Numbered from the whole stretch's first letter, positions 13,521-27,577 are shown. The stretch: 61,414 nucleotides of DNA, filler included, from Pirum gemmata (GCA_002812295.1; 19 parts of 19 records of this genome joined end to end with filler, not necessarily neighbours in it), one strand, 5' to 3'. Numbers and translations are program-made. Notes: generated from the letters alone by a model not told the origin.

Positions 13521-13708
13521 TATCGTGCTTTTCATTTATTTTGTCACTCTGAATATTTANTGGAAGGTTAAAATCTTTAAACTGATATTTTTAAATCAAT
13601 ACACAGATAATAAAACATACCAAATTAAATTAAATGGATTTATATTGTATTAATTTGGTACTATTTTTTGTATATTTTTTGATGACAAAACAACTGAAAA
13701 GCACTGTA
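13521..13708 (-). mobile_element. MITE family A, full-length ~188 bp
   Basis: TA-TCGTGCTTTTCATTTATTTTGTCA ... TGACAAAACAACTGAAAAGCACTG-TA, with ~24-bp TIRs and TA flanks. Confidence 0.9.
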
Positions 13709-13726
13709 GTAGAAACTTACAGTGAG

Positions 13727-13928
13727 ATCGAATCGAGACTAGTTCGAAATTTTATAAATTTTTCGATCTAATTTTTAAGTATTGACTCACTTTTGATTTT
13801 CATTTTAAAAAATTCTGAAAGATTGTTAGAAATTTCATAGAAAAACTTGAAACTCGAAAAAAAAAGAATATCGTTTCAAAATTGTTATTATTGAATAATT
13901 AGGATCGAGCTGTTTGACTCGATTATGC
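13727..13928 (+). mobile_element. MITE family E (~200 bp, ATCGAATC termini)
   Basis: Collinear with 45561-45763. Imperfect TIR ATCGAATC(G/A)AGACTAGTTCGA / TCGAGCTGTTTGA(C/T)TCGAT. Confidence 0.8.
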
Positions 13929-14921
13929 CTAGCTAGATGTTCTATGATATCTACTAGGCGTACTTTTTGCCTAAAGTTAGAAGCATATCTTCCAGTGGTC
14001 AGTTTGTGCAAGCTGCGCAGTACTAACTATCCAATAAAAAAATTAAAAATATATTTTTGAAAAAAACACTTTATTTAGAATATTATATTATTGCTTATTG
14101 GTTACTTTCTGTTTTAGACAACTATCTTTTTGTCTATTTACGATTATTTTGTGGAATTTGTTTCTTGGATTTGGTTAGTTTTTTTTATTCTTTTTTTCTG
14201 ATGAAAATAATAACAATAAAAATAATTATATTATTTTTATCACTACCTTATTATTATTATTGCTATTATTACTATTATTATTATTATTNNNNNNNNNNNN
14301 NNNNNNNNNNNNNNNNNNNNNNNNNNNNNNNNTTAATTAATTAANNNNNNNNNNNNNNNNNNNNNNNNNNNNNNNNNNNNNNNNNNNNATAATTTTATTT
14401 TTTTATTTGTTTATTAAATTGTATTTATAAAAAAAAAAAAAAAAAAAAAAAAATAGACAAACAAACAAACAAACAAACAAACAAACACACAAACACACAA
14501 GCACACAAGCACACAAGCAAACAAACTAGTAGCTAGAGTGAAACAAAAGGCAAAAAGCAAAAACTAACAAATAAGTTAAAAAATTATTGTGTATATATCG
14601 ATATATATAATTATATTAAATTTTATAACATTATTTTTTTATTATTATTATAATTATTATTATGATATTTTTTTATTATTATTAAAAATTATTATGATAT
14701 TTTTATTATTATTATTATCTTATTATTATATTTTTTATTTATTTATTTATGTAGTTTTCGCACATCTCAGTTAAGTAGTTATAAAGACAGTTATAATAAA
14801 AAATAATTTTAAAATAAAATTTTTTATAATAGATATAATGTTATCTTTTTAACAGTATGACGTCATAAGGTTAGTTTATTACTTCATAATTTTATTTTTT
14901 TATTTGTTTATTAAATTGTAT

Positions 14922-14957
<36 letters not shown>

Positions 14958-14996
14958 TTAATATTAGTAAGAGCAGCTAAGAGCAGCTTTACTTTT

Positions 14997-15358
14997 TTAC
15001 CACAAAGTCCACCAGTTACCTTGTTGTTGTTTTGAATTTGATATCGATGTAAGCATTATTGTTGTTGGTGTTGGTGTTGGTGTTGGTGTTGGTGTTGAAA
15101 TTATTGTTAGCGTTGTTGGTGCTACTGTCAAAGTTTTCGTTCGTTGGTTAGTTTCTTTTTTTTTCGAATTAATTGAAGTTGTTGCCAATTTTGTTGTTTT
15201 TGTTGTTTTTGTTGTTTTTGTTGTTTTTGTTGTTTTTGTTGTTTTTGTTGTTTTTGTTGTTAACGTTGTTGGTGATGTTATTGTTGTCGTTCTCAACGCT
15301 GGCCCCGTTGTATTTGTTGTTGTTGTTGTTGAATTTGTTATATTTGTTGTTGTTAACG

Positions 15359-15390
<32 letters not shown>

Positions 15391-16652
15391 ACTGTTTTAT
15401 TTGACGAAAAATAGTTGATCAAACTTTTCACCGTATATTTTAATCCTTTCCAAAATAAAACTCCAACAATCATATTTCCCAACGCAACAATAGGCACCAC
15501 TTTTTTCGTCTCGACCCCAGTTTGATCACTAATCCTATCCACTAACTTAACATTAACACTTTTAATCTTCTGAAAAGCTCTCCAATGTGCAGTCAGCACT
15601 GGGAAAGTTAAATGAATAAATGATTGAATATACAACAAACCAATACCTTTATCATGCTCATATAACGTGTACCTCTTCCCCAAGAACATAATTGCAATAG
15701 TTATTTGTACTAATTCATCTAATCCTTTTTTTGCAAACATTTCATTACGACTATTAATTATTCCGTTCATGTCTGGGTTTTCAATACCATCATCATTATT
15801 TTGATCACATAAATTCAAAGTGTCAATATTTGAATAACTACAAGGTCGAGGAACCCTTCGACCAAAAAAACGACTATTCTCTTGTACATCTTTATCATAA
15901 TCTTTAAAAATTTTACGAACATAATTCCATTTACTTTTAGAATTTTTAAAATTCACGGATGTAATTAAATGATAAATATCTTTTTCAATGCTAAAATGCT
16001 GGTTAAAAGTTGGAAATATGTGTTCAACAATATCTCCGATACCAAAAAATTCAGCAAAACGTAATGTAGCAATAAAACAGTTGGTCACTTTTTGAAAAGG
16101 AACCTTATGAGAAAAAATTGTCTCAACATCAAAATTTTGGTGTTGTGTTTTTCTAATCAAATCAATTAACCCATCCATCATTTTATAACCCGGTTGTTTA
16201 TGTTTTTGAAAATTGAAAACATTGAATTCGTAATTATAAAGACGGGTTAATCTTTGAGAAGGGTTGTTGTAACGAGTGTTAATTACTGTTGTTAGTAAAT
16301 CTTCACCGACAATTACTGACACTGTACTAGGAAAAACAGGGTTTGGTAATTTAGTGTACGAACTAGACGGCCAAACATCAAGGGCAAAAAATTTAAACTT
16401 TAAATCATCTTTTTTGATATTCATACAATTGGTTGTATCAAGCTCGAATATGGTCATAAAATGAATAATAGGACTGCCACCTACTATGTTTGAATAATGG
16501 TGAAAGTTATAAGCAAAATTGTAAACTAAGTTTATACAACGATGTTTGTGGTTTAATAATTGTTGTAATTCTTTGTAGTCCTCACTTATAAAAAAATGAT
16601 CCCATTGTTTGTAAGTATGGTTATAATTATAAGTATGTGATGGTGTACACGT

Positions 16653-16683
<31 letters not shown>

Positions 16684-16825
16684 AATTGTTCGATTGATTC
16701 TTCTATTTCGTTTTCTTCTTTTTCTTCTTTTTCTTTTTGAACAAACTCTTGTTTTTCTTTTCTTTCATTTATTAATTTACCTTCACCTCTCCTTCTAAAC
16801 GACCATATCCTTCGATTGATATCCC

Positions 16826-16869
<44 letters not shown>

Positions 16870-17201
16870 CAAGGCCAACGTCTGATATCATTATTAATAA
16901 TAATAATATTAGCGTTGTTTTCTAATTCATCTCCAACGTTAGCAACCATGGAGGATGGAGTCGTTATATCATCTACCTCACCACCAATATTAGCAATCAT
17001 TGAAGATGGGGTTCCAACTGTATCTTGATCTACTTGGTAAGGAAAGTTACTACTCGCAGAAGACGGTGTCAATTCACCACCAATATTATTAAGCATAGAA
17101 GATGGAGATTCTGGTGAATTTCCTATTCCAGAGGTTTCTGGTATTAGCAGAATTAAACTAGTAATCACTGCAGTAACTGTTGTCTTTATTTTTTGAAACA
17201 T
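14997..17201 (-). CDS. Uncharacterised secreted or membrane protein (734 aa) with N-terminal repeats and a Thr-rich tail
   Basis: Long intact ORF. Signal-like N-terminus, three PSSMxxNxG(G/D)E repeats, a ~400-aa globular core, late hydrophobic segments and a (KTT)n/(TP)n tail. Confidence 0.85.
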
Positions 17202-17779
17202 TATGTTTGATTTTTTTTTAAAAAATATATATAATTTTGATAAGTATATAGATACAGTTATTGAATTTATATATGTTTTAATTAGTGTTAATAAATTAAT
17301 TTTCTGTGTTTTTTTATTATTATTTATTTTAATTAATTATATATAATATAATGTTTTAAATATATATGATGTTNNNNNNNNNNNNNNNNNNNNNNNNNNN
17401 NNNNNNNNNNNNNNNNNTTAATTAATTAANNNNNNNNNNNNNNNNNNNNNNNNNNNNNNNNNNNNNNNNNNNNAGTGATAGTGATAGTGATAGTAATATT
17501 AATAATAATAATAATAACCATAATAATAATAGTAATAATAATAACATAATCCCGGAATCATAAGTATATAATTGCCGCCCCGTTATTTTTATCGGGATAA
17601 ATATTTCATATATTAAACTTAAAATGATTTTGATACGTGAACTAAACAATTCAGTGAGTGATAGAAAATAAAAAAATAAATAAACCTTAAACTAAAACTT
17701 CATAAGAATAAAAACAAATTCTTAGTTATTGTAATTTGAAATAAAAAACTAAATATGCTTAAAAAAAATTTTTTTTTTN

Positions 17780-17875
<96 letters not shown>

Positions 17876-17969
17876 AAGCTCCATAGTTTAAATTTTAAGT
17901 TTAATAGTAAAAGTAATAGTAGTAGTAATAGTAATCAATGTTTATTTTTGTTGTTGCTTATGGCTATTT

Positions 17970-20196
17970 TTAAAGCAATTTGTTAAGAAATAATGAAACA
18001 GAAATAAATCCTAAAACTGCATTAGTTTTTGAACCAGAACCACCAGTACCAGTACCAGTACCAGTACCAGTACCAGTACCAGTACCAAGATCAGGACCAG
18101 TACCAGTACCAGGACTAGTACCAGTAGGAGGCACTTCTTTAGATTCAAGATGGATTGTTTGTTTGTTTGCATTGTCTAAAATAACAGAAAAAGTAAGTTC
18201 TGGACCGTAAATTTCTTGGCGTACACCGTTGTTTATATCTTTAGAACCATATCGAAGTTCCTTGTTTGTGATAGTTAAATCTGCTTCAACTTTGCAACTA
18301 GCAGTTCCTGTAATCTCAACTTTAACTTCCTTTCCATTTTCAACTATAACTTTAGCCTGGATATCTGGACAGGCATCTCTGTCCGTTCTCTTACGATAAT
18401 GAGTCCCAATGAAATCCATCGTAGGAGATTGAATTGGCAATTGATTGACGTAATTATTAAGTTTTGCCAAACTTCTATCAGCCCAATCAGAAAGAAGAGA
18501 AAGTTCTTTGCCATCTAAGTTAAAGGGATTCAGATTAGCCTGGTGAAACATAAAAGGATCTTGACGAAATTGTAACCAAGGATTAGTAGTTGCTCTTGCT
18601 TGACGCTCCATTGCATCATCGTAAGTATAATCAGCATTTTTGATATCTCGAGGGCAAGTTATACCATTAGTCCAAGCACAAGCATTAATGTTAATAAACT
18701 CGTCCATATAAACATCTTTATTGTTTACATTATAAAATATATTAACGGCATATCTAGGGATAATCAATAAACCCTCAACACCATAATCTGCTATAGTGGT
18801 ATATTTTCCGTGGTGAGGATTATTCAAATTTCTAATTTCATTTCTAGAATTATCTCCCGTAACTGTCATGATACCAGCATCAACCAAAGCTTGAATAGCT
18901 ACCTCGTTTTTTGGACGGGCTTTAGGTACTCTATTAGGTTTAGGTGTTGCACTTGATGGCCATAACCCAGAAATTTCAGGAGGAACTAAACTATTAGGGG
19001 AAACATATTTTGCGTAATCTTCGTTCATATTTTTGAAGAATGTATTGCTCGTAGTATCAACCTGTTCTAAACATTCTTGTCCTTTTGGACAATTATTACC
19101 AAAAGGTAAGAACTGGTTTACTACAATTTTTTCTCCCTTAAGCAACATTTCGTTCATTTCAAATTCATTGGCTAAACGCGTCTCACTTGCTGGGCAAACA
19201 TCTTCCTTATTATTACATTCATAAGGTTCCAACCAGTCAAGATTTTGATGGGTCCAGGTATGTGAGACCCAGTTAAACTCTTTCATATACTTCTCTGAGG
19301 CTGCGCTCATTCCACCGCTACTCACATTGTCAGAACCTTCTGCTTGGAACCCTGCTCCGTTGTAAGCCAATTCGAATCTAACATTAGAACCCTCTGGGAG
19401 TTCCTTATTCTTTTTTTCACACCACTCGACTGCAAGAGATACAGCTCTCGCAGGACAACGGAATTCGGTTGTAGAGCCAGTGCTGCTGTATAATTCGGTT
19501 TTAGCAAACCAATCATCCACATGCATTTGAAGATATAACCGTCTTTTTCCTAAAAATATACCTTTTGTTACCCAATCATACCAAACGTTGGCGAATGCCA
19601 AATTTAAAGAGGTAAACTCATGTTCAAATACAAATTGCATTTCTCCTAAATTTTCTCTACCCGCAGAAGTGTGGTCTATCTCATTAGCTTTGCTATCAAT
19701 GAAAAAAAGCATTTCTTCATGGTCACCGATTTTATGCACCACAGCTGCAGCTTTGCCAGCTCTATCTTCTCCGTCTTTAAATACTTCAAGAACCGGGGTT
19801 ATATTTTCTGTATCAGTAATACTGGCTACACGTGACACTTCCCCGGTTAGAGCTTGGGTGTATTCAGTATAATCCCATTTACAAGTGTCACACATTACAC
19901 TAGTTAAACCTTTAGCTTTAGCATTTTGATCAAAAGCGATGGTGTTGGCTGTACCAGCTGAACCAGTAGTTACTCCTGCAACGTCATCAGGATTAGCATG
20001 CAAGTTAACAATTCTAATCCCAAATTCATCACAGTATTTTCTAAGCTGGGTCCAATCACCAGAATTTAAATCTCCCGTTTTACCGACGATAATGGAGCTG
20101 TAAGGAGCCTTACTGGTATCAGCACTAAAATTTTTGATTTCATTTGGTAATGTCTTTGTCATTTCAAAACGAGTCCCAACACCATCAAGAAAATAT
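17970..20196 (-). CDS. Agd3-like (CE18) carbohydrate deacetylase, large terminal exon (5' exons missing)
   Basis: Motifs KRRLYLQMHVDDWF, NWVSHTWTH, IIPRYA and PFMFHQANL are typical of the Agd3 family. Acceptor AG at 20198-20197 extends the frame by YFLDGVGTRFE. Ends in a (GT)n linker and a hydrophobic C-terminus. Confidence 0.85.
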
Positions 20197-21050
20197 CTAT
20201 ATACATAAATAAAATAATTAATATAAAATCAGTAAAATGATAATAAAGATCACTTTCGTTCATGCTATCATTTTAATTATTTTTTTGTTACTTTAACTAA
20301 ACTGATACAATACAGTAAGCGAAAACATGCTAAATTGATCTATTCTCAGAGTAATTTGGTGGTACTTATTTAGTTTTGTTCATGAACAAACAGATTGAAA
20401 ATTATAGTACAAAAGGAAGAAAAATAATAATAATAATAATAATAATAATCTTAATGATAATGATNNNNNNNNNNNNNNNNNNNNNNNNNNNNNNNNNNNN
20501 NNNNNNNNTTAATTAATTAANNNNNNNNNNNNNNNNNNNNNNNNNNNNNNNNNNNNNNNNNNNNAATTAAATTAAATGGATTTATATTATGTTAATTTGG
20601 TACTATTTATTGTTTATTTTATGATGACAAAACAACCGAAAAGCACTATACCAAAATCAAAGACTCAGGAACTAGTTCACAAAGACAGTTGAAAGACTCC
20701 ATGAAAAAAAAAAAAAAAATTCCTGGGGTCTTGTTTTTTCATAGAGTCTTTGCCAAAATCCAAAAAAAGTTTATAAATTTTAATTAACATCCAGGGTTAC
20801 ATCATCCTGCATGCATGAGGTCTTAGGTCTTAGACTTAGACCTCATGCATGATGCATCCTGTACATGTAACTTCGGCCAAAATTTGTGTTGTCAACTGTC
20901 ACTTACGGTTTACAAGTCTCATGTAATGGAAAAACACGATCAAGAACTTGACATTAAATTTTTGAAGAAGTGACAAGAAGTTCAAGAACCCCAGCCCAGG
21001 ACCAACCCTATTTTTTCCTGATAGACTATATATAGATAGATGCCTATTAT

Positions 21051-21221
21051 ATCGTTCTTTTCATTTATTTTGTCACTCTAAATATTTATATGGAGGGTTA
21101 TAATTATATTTATAATAATTAAATAAATACATAGATAATAAAATATACCAAATTGAATTAAATGGATTTATATTGTATTAATTTGGTACTATTTATTGTA
21201 TATTTTATGATGACAAAACAA
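21051..21221 (-). mobile_element. MITE family A, one TIR truncated
   Basis: Collinear with 13521-13708. Confidence 0.8.
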
Positions 21222-21871
21222 TCTGCATTAGACTACGGTATGACTACGGTATATATATGTTTATAAATTTATATTTATTTATGATACTTTTATTTATAAA
21301 TAAACAGTCGGTTTCATGTCGGTTTGGCTGGTTTGGTGTTTTCTACAAATTTCTACTACTTATAGTAGCATGGTGTCCGTCTCCCCTCTTGAAGGCTTCT
21401 TGAAATGACCGAGTAGTCTAGTCTACTACCTAGTCTAGCTAGCTATCGTAGCTAGTAGTAGTGCTACTACCGGGACCACCACCGAACCATAATCGAAAAA
21501 AGAAAAAATAATAAGAAAAAATAAGAAAAAATATAAAATAAGAAAAAAAAATAAAAATGAATAAGAAAAAAAAATAAAAATGAATAAGAAAAAAAATAAA
21601 ATGAATAAGAAAAAAAAATAAGATAACAAATAAGAAAAAAAAGAAAACTAATAATAAAAAATAAAAAAAATAAAAAATAAACAAAAGAAACAAAGAACAA
21701 AGAAATAAGAAAAAAAAATAATACACAAAATTATTTAGAAGATGGAAATTATGTATATTTATTAATTAAAAAATAATGATAACAGTTTCTAATGACCCAC
21801 AGACCTGAGACCCACAGACTCCCACAGTCACCACTAATGTAACATATTATTATAATATATAATATAAAGAT

Positions 21872-22059
21872 TATCGTGCTTTTCAGTTATTTTGTCATCA
21901 TAAAATATACAATAAATAGTGCCAAATTAATACAATATAAATCCATTTCATTTAATTTGGTATATTTTATTATATATTTATCTATTTTTAAAAGTATCAA
22001 TTTAAACAGAAACAACCAAATAAATATTCGGAGTGACAAAATAAATGAAAAGCACAATA
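21872..22059 (+). mobile_element. MITE family A, full-length
   Basis: Both TIRs and TA flanks present. Confidence 0.9.
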
Positions 22060-22337
22060 TCATTACCTGTTATAAAAATGGTTTTATCAATAATAATATA
22101 TTATTATTATTATAATTACAGGTTTAATTAATATTTGTGCAATTTAGTGGGGACTTTTCGTGATAATTATGTAATATATATAATGCTCTCTAGCTATTCA
22201 TGTATTATATCCATTTTTATCATGAGACCTACACCTAATTAGCTACTAGGTACCGTGTATTTATTAATAAATAAAGGTATATCGATCGCGATAATATATA
22301 TCGATAAATAAATCAGTTGGTATATCGAGCTATTTAT

Positions 22338-22528
22338 TATCGTGCTTTTCAGTTGTTTTGTCATCGTAAAATTATATCATAAATACTACCAAATTAATGC
22401 TATATAAATCCATTTCATTTAATTTGGTATATTTTATTATCTATATTTATTCATTTAAAAACATCAAATTAAATATTAACACCAACAAAATAATATTCAG
22501 AGTGACAAAATAAATGAAAAGCACAATA
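22338..22528 (+). mobile_element. MITE family A, full-length
   Basis: Both TIRs and TA flanks present. Confidence 0.9.
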
Positions 22529-22620
22529 TAAAATAGTTATATTAATAAGGGCCCGGGTTACAGTTAGACTAGGGTTAAGGTTGGCGTTTAAGGTTAGAGG
22601 TAGGATTACATTATTATATA

Positions 22621-23510
22621 CCCAGAACTGGTATCGATACAATGTCATGTTACCATATAATAATGATGTATTATAAATCGGGGGATTTATAATATAATTA
22701 TAGACACTTTTTCGGCATAGTATTCACTTCAAACTGAATAATACGGCCCGACGAGCATATGATACCTTTATAATAATTATATTGTATTTTATTGGTTTCT
22801 AGCTATCGTGCTTTTCGGTTATTTTGTCGTCATAAAATATACAATAAAGAGTACCAAATTAATACAATATAAATCCATTTCATTTAATTTGGTATATTTT
22901 ATTATATATTTATTTATTTAAAATATCAATTTAATTAAATATTAATATTATAAACAACCAAATAAATATTCGGAGTAAGAAGTTAGGACTAACTAAGTAG
23001 TTCAACGGGGCTGGTCAATGAGGCCGTCCTGGTTGGGTTTGCAGCTGGTGCAAGCCGGTTGGTGGGTGTGATAACAGAGTAGGTCTAGTAGTAGGGGCTA
23101 GCTACATCACTAAGGATAGACTTCAATGGTAGGTGGCACTATTACAAGGAACACGTGAGAACTATCGACTGCCACCCAGAACTGGTATCGATATGATATT
23201 AATACATGAATATGTTATCATATAATAATGATGTATTATAAATCGGGGGATTATAATATAATTATAGACACTTTTTCGGCATAGTATTCACTTCAAACTG
23301 AATAATACGGCCAGACGAATATAGTTGTTATGGTACCTTTGTAATAATTTTATTGTTTTTATTGGTTTCTAGCTATCGTGCTTTTCGGTTATTTTGTCGT
23401 CATAAAATTTACAATAAAGAGTACTAAATTAATACAATATAAAACCATTTCATTTAATTTGGTATATTTTATTATATATTTATTTATTTAAAATATCAAT
23501 TTAAATATTA
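22621..23510. repeat. Direct duplication of ~330 bp (22621-22950 and 23176-23510), each copy containing a family A MITE
   Basis: Both copies start CCCAGAACTGGTATCGATA and differ by scattered substitutions, so the duplication postdates the MITE insertion. Confidence 0.85.
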
Positions 23511-24282
23511 NNNNNNNNNNNNNNNNNNNNNNNNNNNNNNNNNNNNNNNNNNNNTTAATTAATTAANNNNNNNNNNNNNNNNNNNNNNNNNNNNNNNNNN
23601 NNNNNNNNNNTTTTTTTTTTTTTTTTTTTTTTTTTTTTTTCAATTGATTTCTATAAGACATGGGGGTAAATGTAAAAAAAAACAGTACACGAACCATTAA
23701 AAATAGAATATAAACCTGTTTCCCTAATCCTAACCACACAAGCAAAAAGCAAACTAGCAAAATGTTTATCATTCAATTTAATATCATTAATTGTAGATTT
23801 TAACTTTTATTATTCCCTATTATTTACCATTATTGATTATTATTGTTTATGATTGTTTATAATTAGTTATTTTATTTTTATTAGTTATAAATTATTGTCG
23901 CCAGTATGTTTGTTATTTATCATTTAGTATTTTGTTATTATTGATTATGGATTATTGTTTTTATTGTTATTATTGTTATTATTGTTAGCACTTACCATTA
24001 GTCATTATTCATTATCATTATTTATTTTATTATTATTGTAATAGATTATAGATTATTGTTAACTATTTATCATTATTTATTTTACTTTTATTACTGTGTT
24101 ATTATATATCAATATACATTATCCTTATTTTATTATAGATTATTGACTTATTTTACTATTATTAACTATAAGTTATTGTTATTATTGTTATATATTGTTT
24201 ATTGCTATTTATTATTACTTATTTTATTATTATTATTATTATTAATAATTATATATTGTTTATTGCTATTTATTATTACTTA

Positions 24283-24316
<34 letters not shown>

Positions 24317-24689
24317 AGATGCTTCTGCAATGCCAATGATAATATACACAGCAACAAAATTTTTACATCATTATTTTTATTTTTTCGCTTTTTCGCATGA
24401 AGTTCGAGCCACAGTATGGACTGTAACGAGCGGCTCGTTTTTGTACATGTCATGTCGAATTTTGTATAGCGTTTTCATGATTTAATTGTGAGGGTTAGGG
24501 TTAGGGTTAGGGTTAGGGTTAGGGTTAGGGTTGGGTAAAGAGGATATTGTTTTTGGTCTTGCTTGTTTTGATAGTCCCAACGGGGGGGGGTAGTCTACAT
24601 AAATAAGTGTTGACCAGCTAAGGGAATCTTATTATGGATTGTGGTCATAAAAGAATTTGAAGATCAGTATGTTACTAGGTGTTACTAGA

Positions 24690-25158
24690 GGAGGGATGAG
24701 ATGACGTCATCTTACCAATTGGATGCTCGGACCGGCGAACTTCCAGAAATTTGCCTAAAGTTACTATAAATAGTATAATAAACTCGTTTTAAAGTAACTA
24801 CTTAAATAGGTAGTTACTAAATAAATAATTATAAATACTAAATATGGTAAGGCGAAACAGGCGAACAACATTTACTTTGTGCCTCGGTCAAAAAAGTTCG
24901 NNNNNNNNNNNNNNNNNNTTACAAAAGGAGGGATGACATCCCCTTTGGCAGAAATTTGGAGATAGGTTACAAAAGGAATTGAGATGGCAAAAATCATTAC
25001 TTAAAATAGATATTTATATCCTTAAAATAGTAGTTTACTATATTAAGTATTACTATTAATAGTTATAAGTTAACTTTTTATAGTAATTTAAGTCAAATTT
25101 TTCAATTTTTGCCGTACCCTAGGTTGGTATTAGTATTATGACGTCATGTCATCCCTCC
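24690..25158 (+). mobile_element. MITE family B copy (24690-24900) followed by a related element (24927-25158, TIR GGAGGGATGACAT...ATGTCATCCCTCC)
   Basis: The first part matches 43841-44032. The second part has perfect 13-bp TIRs. Confidence 0.85.
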
Positions 25159-26912
25159 TATGTTACTATGAGTTATATATAGATTCTAGATAAAAGTTAT
25201 TATTATCATTATTTATCAGTATTATAATATTATTTATTGATTCTAGATAAAAGTTATTATTATCATTATTTATCAGTATTATAATATTATTGATTCTAGA
25301 TAAAAGTTATTATTGTCATTGATTTTTATAACGAGCGCCTCGATTTTGGATATGGTATGTCGAGTTTTGTATTACGGTTCCATGATTTAACTAATATTTC
25401 AATTTAGAAATGGCTGTTGAAATTAATTTTTATATTATGAGTTATAGATTCTGGGTAAACGTTATTATTATTACTTATCAGTATTATTCATTACTTACTT
25501 TTATTGTTATATATTATTATCCATTTTTTTTAGTTTTTATTTGATTATTGTTATTATAATTATCGTTTATCATTATTATTCATTATTTATTTTATTGTTA
25601 TATATTTCTATTAATTTTATTATTAATCAGATTCATTATTTATTATTATTATTATATATTATTCATTTTATTATTGTTTATTTAATTATTGTTATTATGA
25701 TTATTATTTATCATTGTATTATTTATTTTATTGATATGTATTCCTATTCATTTTATTATTATTAATTAGATTGTTGTTATTATTGCTATCATTTATCATT
25801 TGTTATTACTATTAATCATTAATCATTGTTATCATTGTTATTATGTATCATTATGTATCATTATATCTTAAGTAATAATAATAAAAATAATATCAACAAT
25901 AAAAATAATAAACAATAAATACGAAACTTAAAAAAATATCGATATTTTTTAATATTAATCGAATATATATGGATAAGCGAAACCCTTTTTTGTAACGAAC
26001 GGTTCAATTATGTGCATGGTACATCGACTCATGTCATCGAGTTTTGTAAAGAATTAAATTTTTAACGATTTTAGCTTTAGTAAGAACTAAAAATAACAAC
26101 AACAATAAATAACAAAATAAAGAATACGAAACTTACAGAATTAGTATCGACATTTTTTCGATAATTTTTGAATGTTGTGTAGCATGTTAATAATTTAGCT
26201 CAAAAAATCAACTTTAGAATTAATAATAATAATAGAAATAACATCAACAATAAATAAATAATTCGAAACTTATATAACGAATAAAAAATAAATAATTAAA
26301 AATAAATAAAAGAAAGGAATTTAGGGTTAAAGTTAGGGTTAGGGTTAGAGTTAGTATAATAATAGCTATAAAACTACAATATCAATGATTATAAGATCTA
26401 CAAGGCCCACTAAATAATGTTGTTGTCTACAATTTTTTATTTGGTAGAAATAGATAATAATAATCATAAAATAATAATACTATATCACTGTAACACTTAT
26501 AAGGTATTTTGAGATTTTGTTAAAATTTCCTGTTGATAGTACAACCCTGAAAAACACTGAGGAAAAATGAAGAAGAAGTAAATTTTATACTTATAANNNN
26601 NNNNNNNNNNNNNNNNNNNNNNNNNNNNNNNNNNNNNNNNTTAATTAATTAANNNNNNNNNNNNNNNNNNNNNNNNNNNNNNNNNNNNNNNNNNNNAATA
26701 ATAATAACAATAACAATAACAATAACAATAACAACAAACAACAAACAACAAACAACAAACAACAAACAACAAACAACAAACAACAAGCAAACAACAAGCA
26801 AACAACAAGTAAACAACAAGTAAACAACAAACAAACAACACACAACAACAGCAAATAATAATAATACAATTTTAATTAAATAACAATTATGAAATAACAA
26901 TAACCTTAATAG

Positions 26913-27577
26913 GTTTAACTGGTTTTTCCCTAGCTACTGTATTATTGGGATTTTCAAAAACTAGTTTCTGGGAATCCAATTCAGACCCTACCCTTGCAAT
27001 CTGGGCAGGATTTATTGGGGGATTTATGCAGATCCAATCTGGTTTGGGGGAGCACAAAAGCGGTTCGTTGTTCGGTGCTTGGTTGTGTACTTTTTGGGGT
27101 TGGTATAACGTCGCTGCGGCCGTGTTTGGTCTAATGGCTTATTATCAACCAGCAGATTATCCACCTTTAGGAGGCCAAAATGGGAATTTAGTAAGAAACA
27201 TATGGTTAACTATCATTTGTTTTTTTTTCTTGATAGTCTCTCTACGAATAGGACTTTATAATATTGTACTTTCCGGTTTTGTATTTCTAGGACCCCTTTG
27301 CGATTGTATTGCTCCTTATTCCAGCAGCCCACAAACTTGGGAAACAACGTCAGGAGTGTGTAGTATTATTGCGGGTTACATGGCTCTATTGGCTGCGTTT
27401 GGCATAATAACGAAGGAATATTTTGGACATCCGTTTGTGCCGAGTTTTCCTTATCCATACACCAAAGAAAATGCAAGAGAGCACTTAGGGCTAAAGCAAA
27501 AAAGTGATATTACTACCCAAAAGATTGATCCTGAGGGAATTAAAGCAGGTCAATTGATATTAAATAGTAATTCATAG
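26913..27577 (+). CDS. Acetate/ammonia transporter of the AceTr (GPR1/FUN34/YaaH-SatP) family, terminal exon
   Basis: Acceptor AG at 26911-26912 gives (G)LTGFSLATVLLG, the continuation of the NPAPLGLxGF signature. FIGGFMQIQSGLGE..G.LFGA follows, with ~6 TM helices. Confidence 0.85.

Noticed and set aside
17780..17872. Long A tract as the poly(A) tail of a retrocopy of the Agd3-like gene
   Set aside because: It is on the wrong strand for that gene, the gene has an upstream intron, and homopolymers are common here.
15173..19872. Plus-strand ORFs inside the 734-aa and 730-aa genes (also 38215, 47513, 59402, 60878)
   Set aside because: Antisense shadows of real CDSs.
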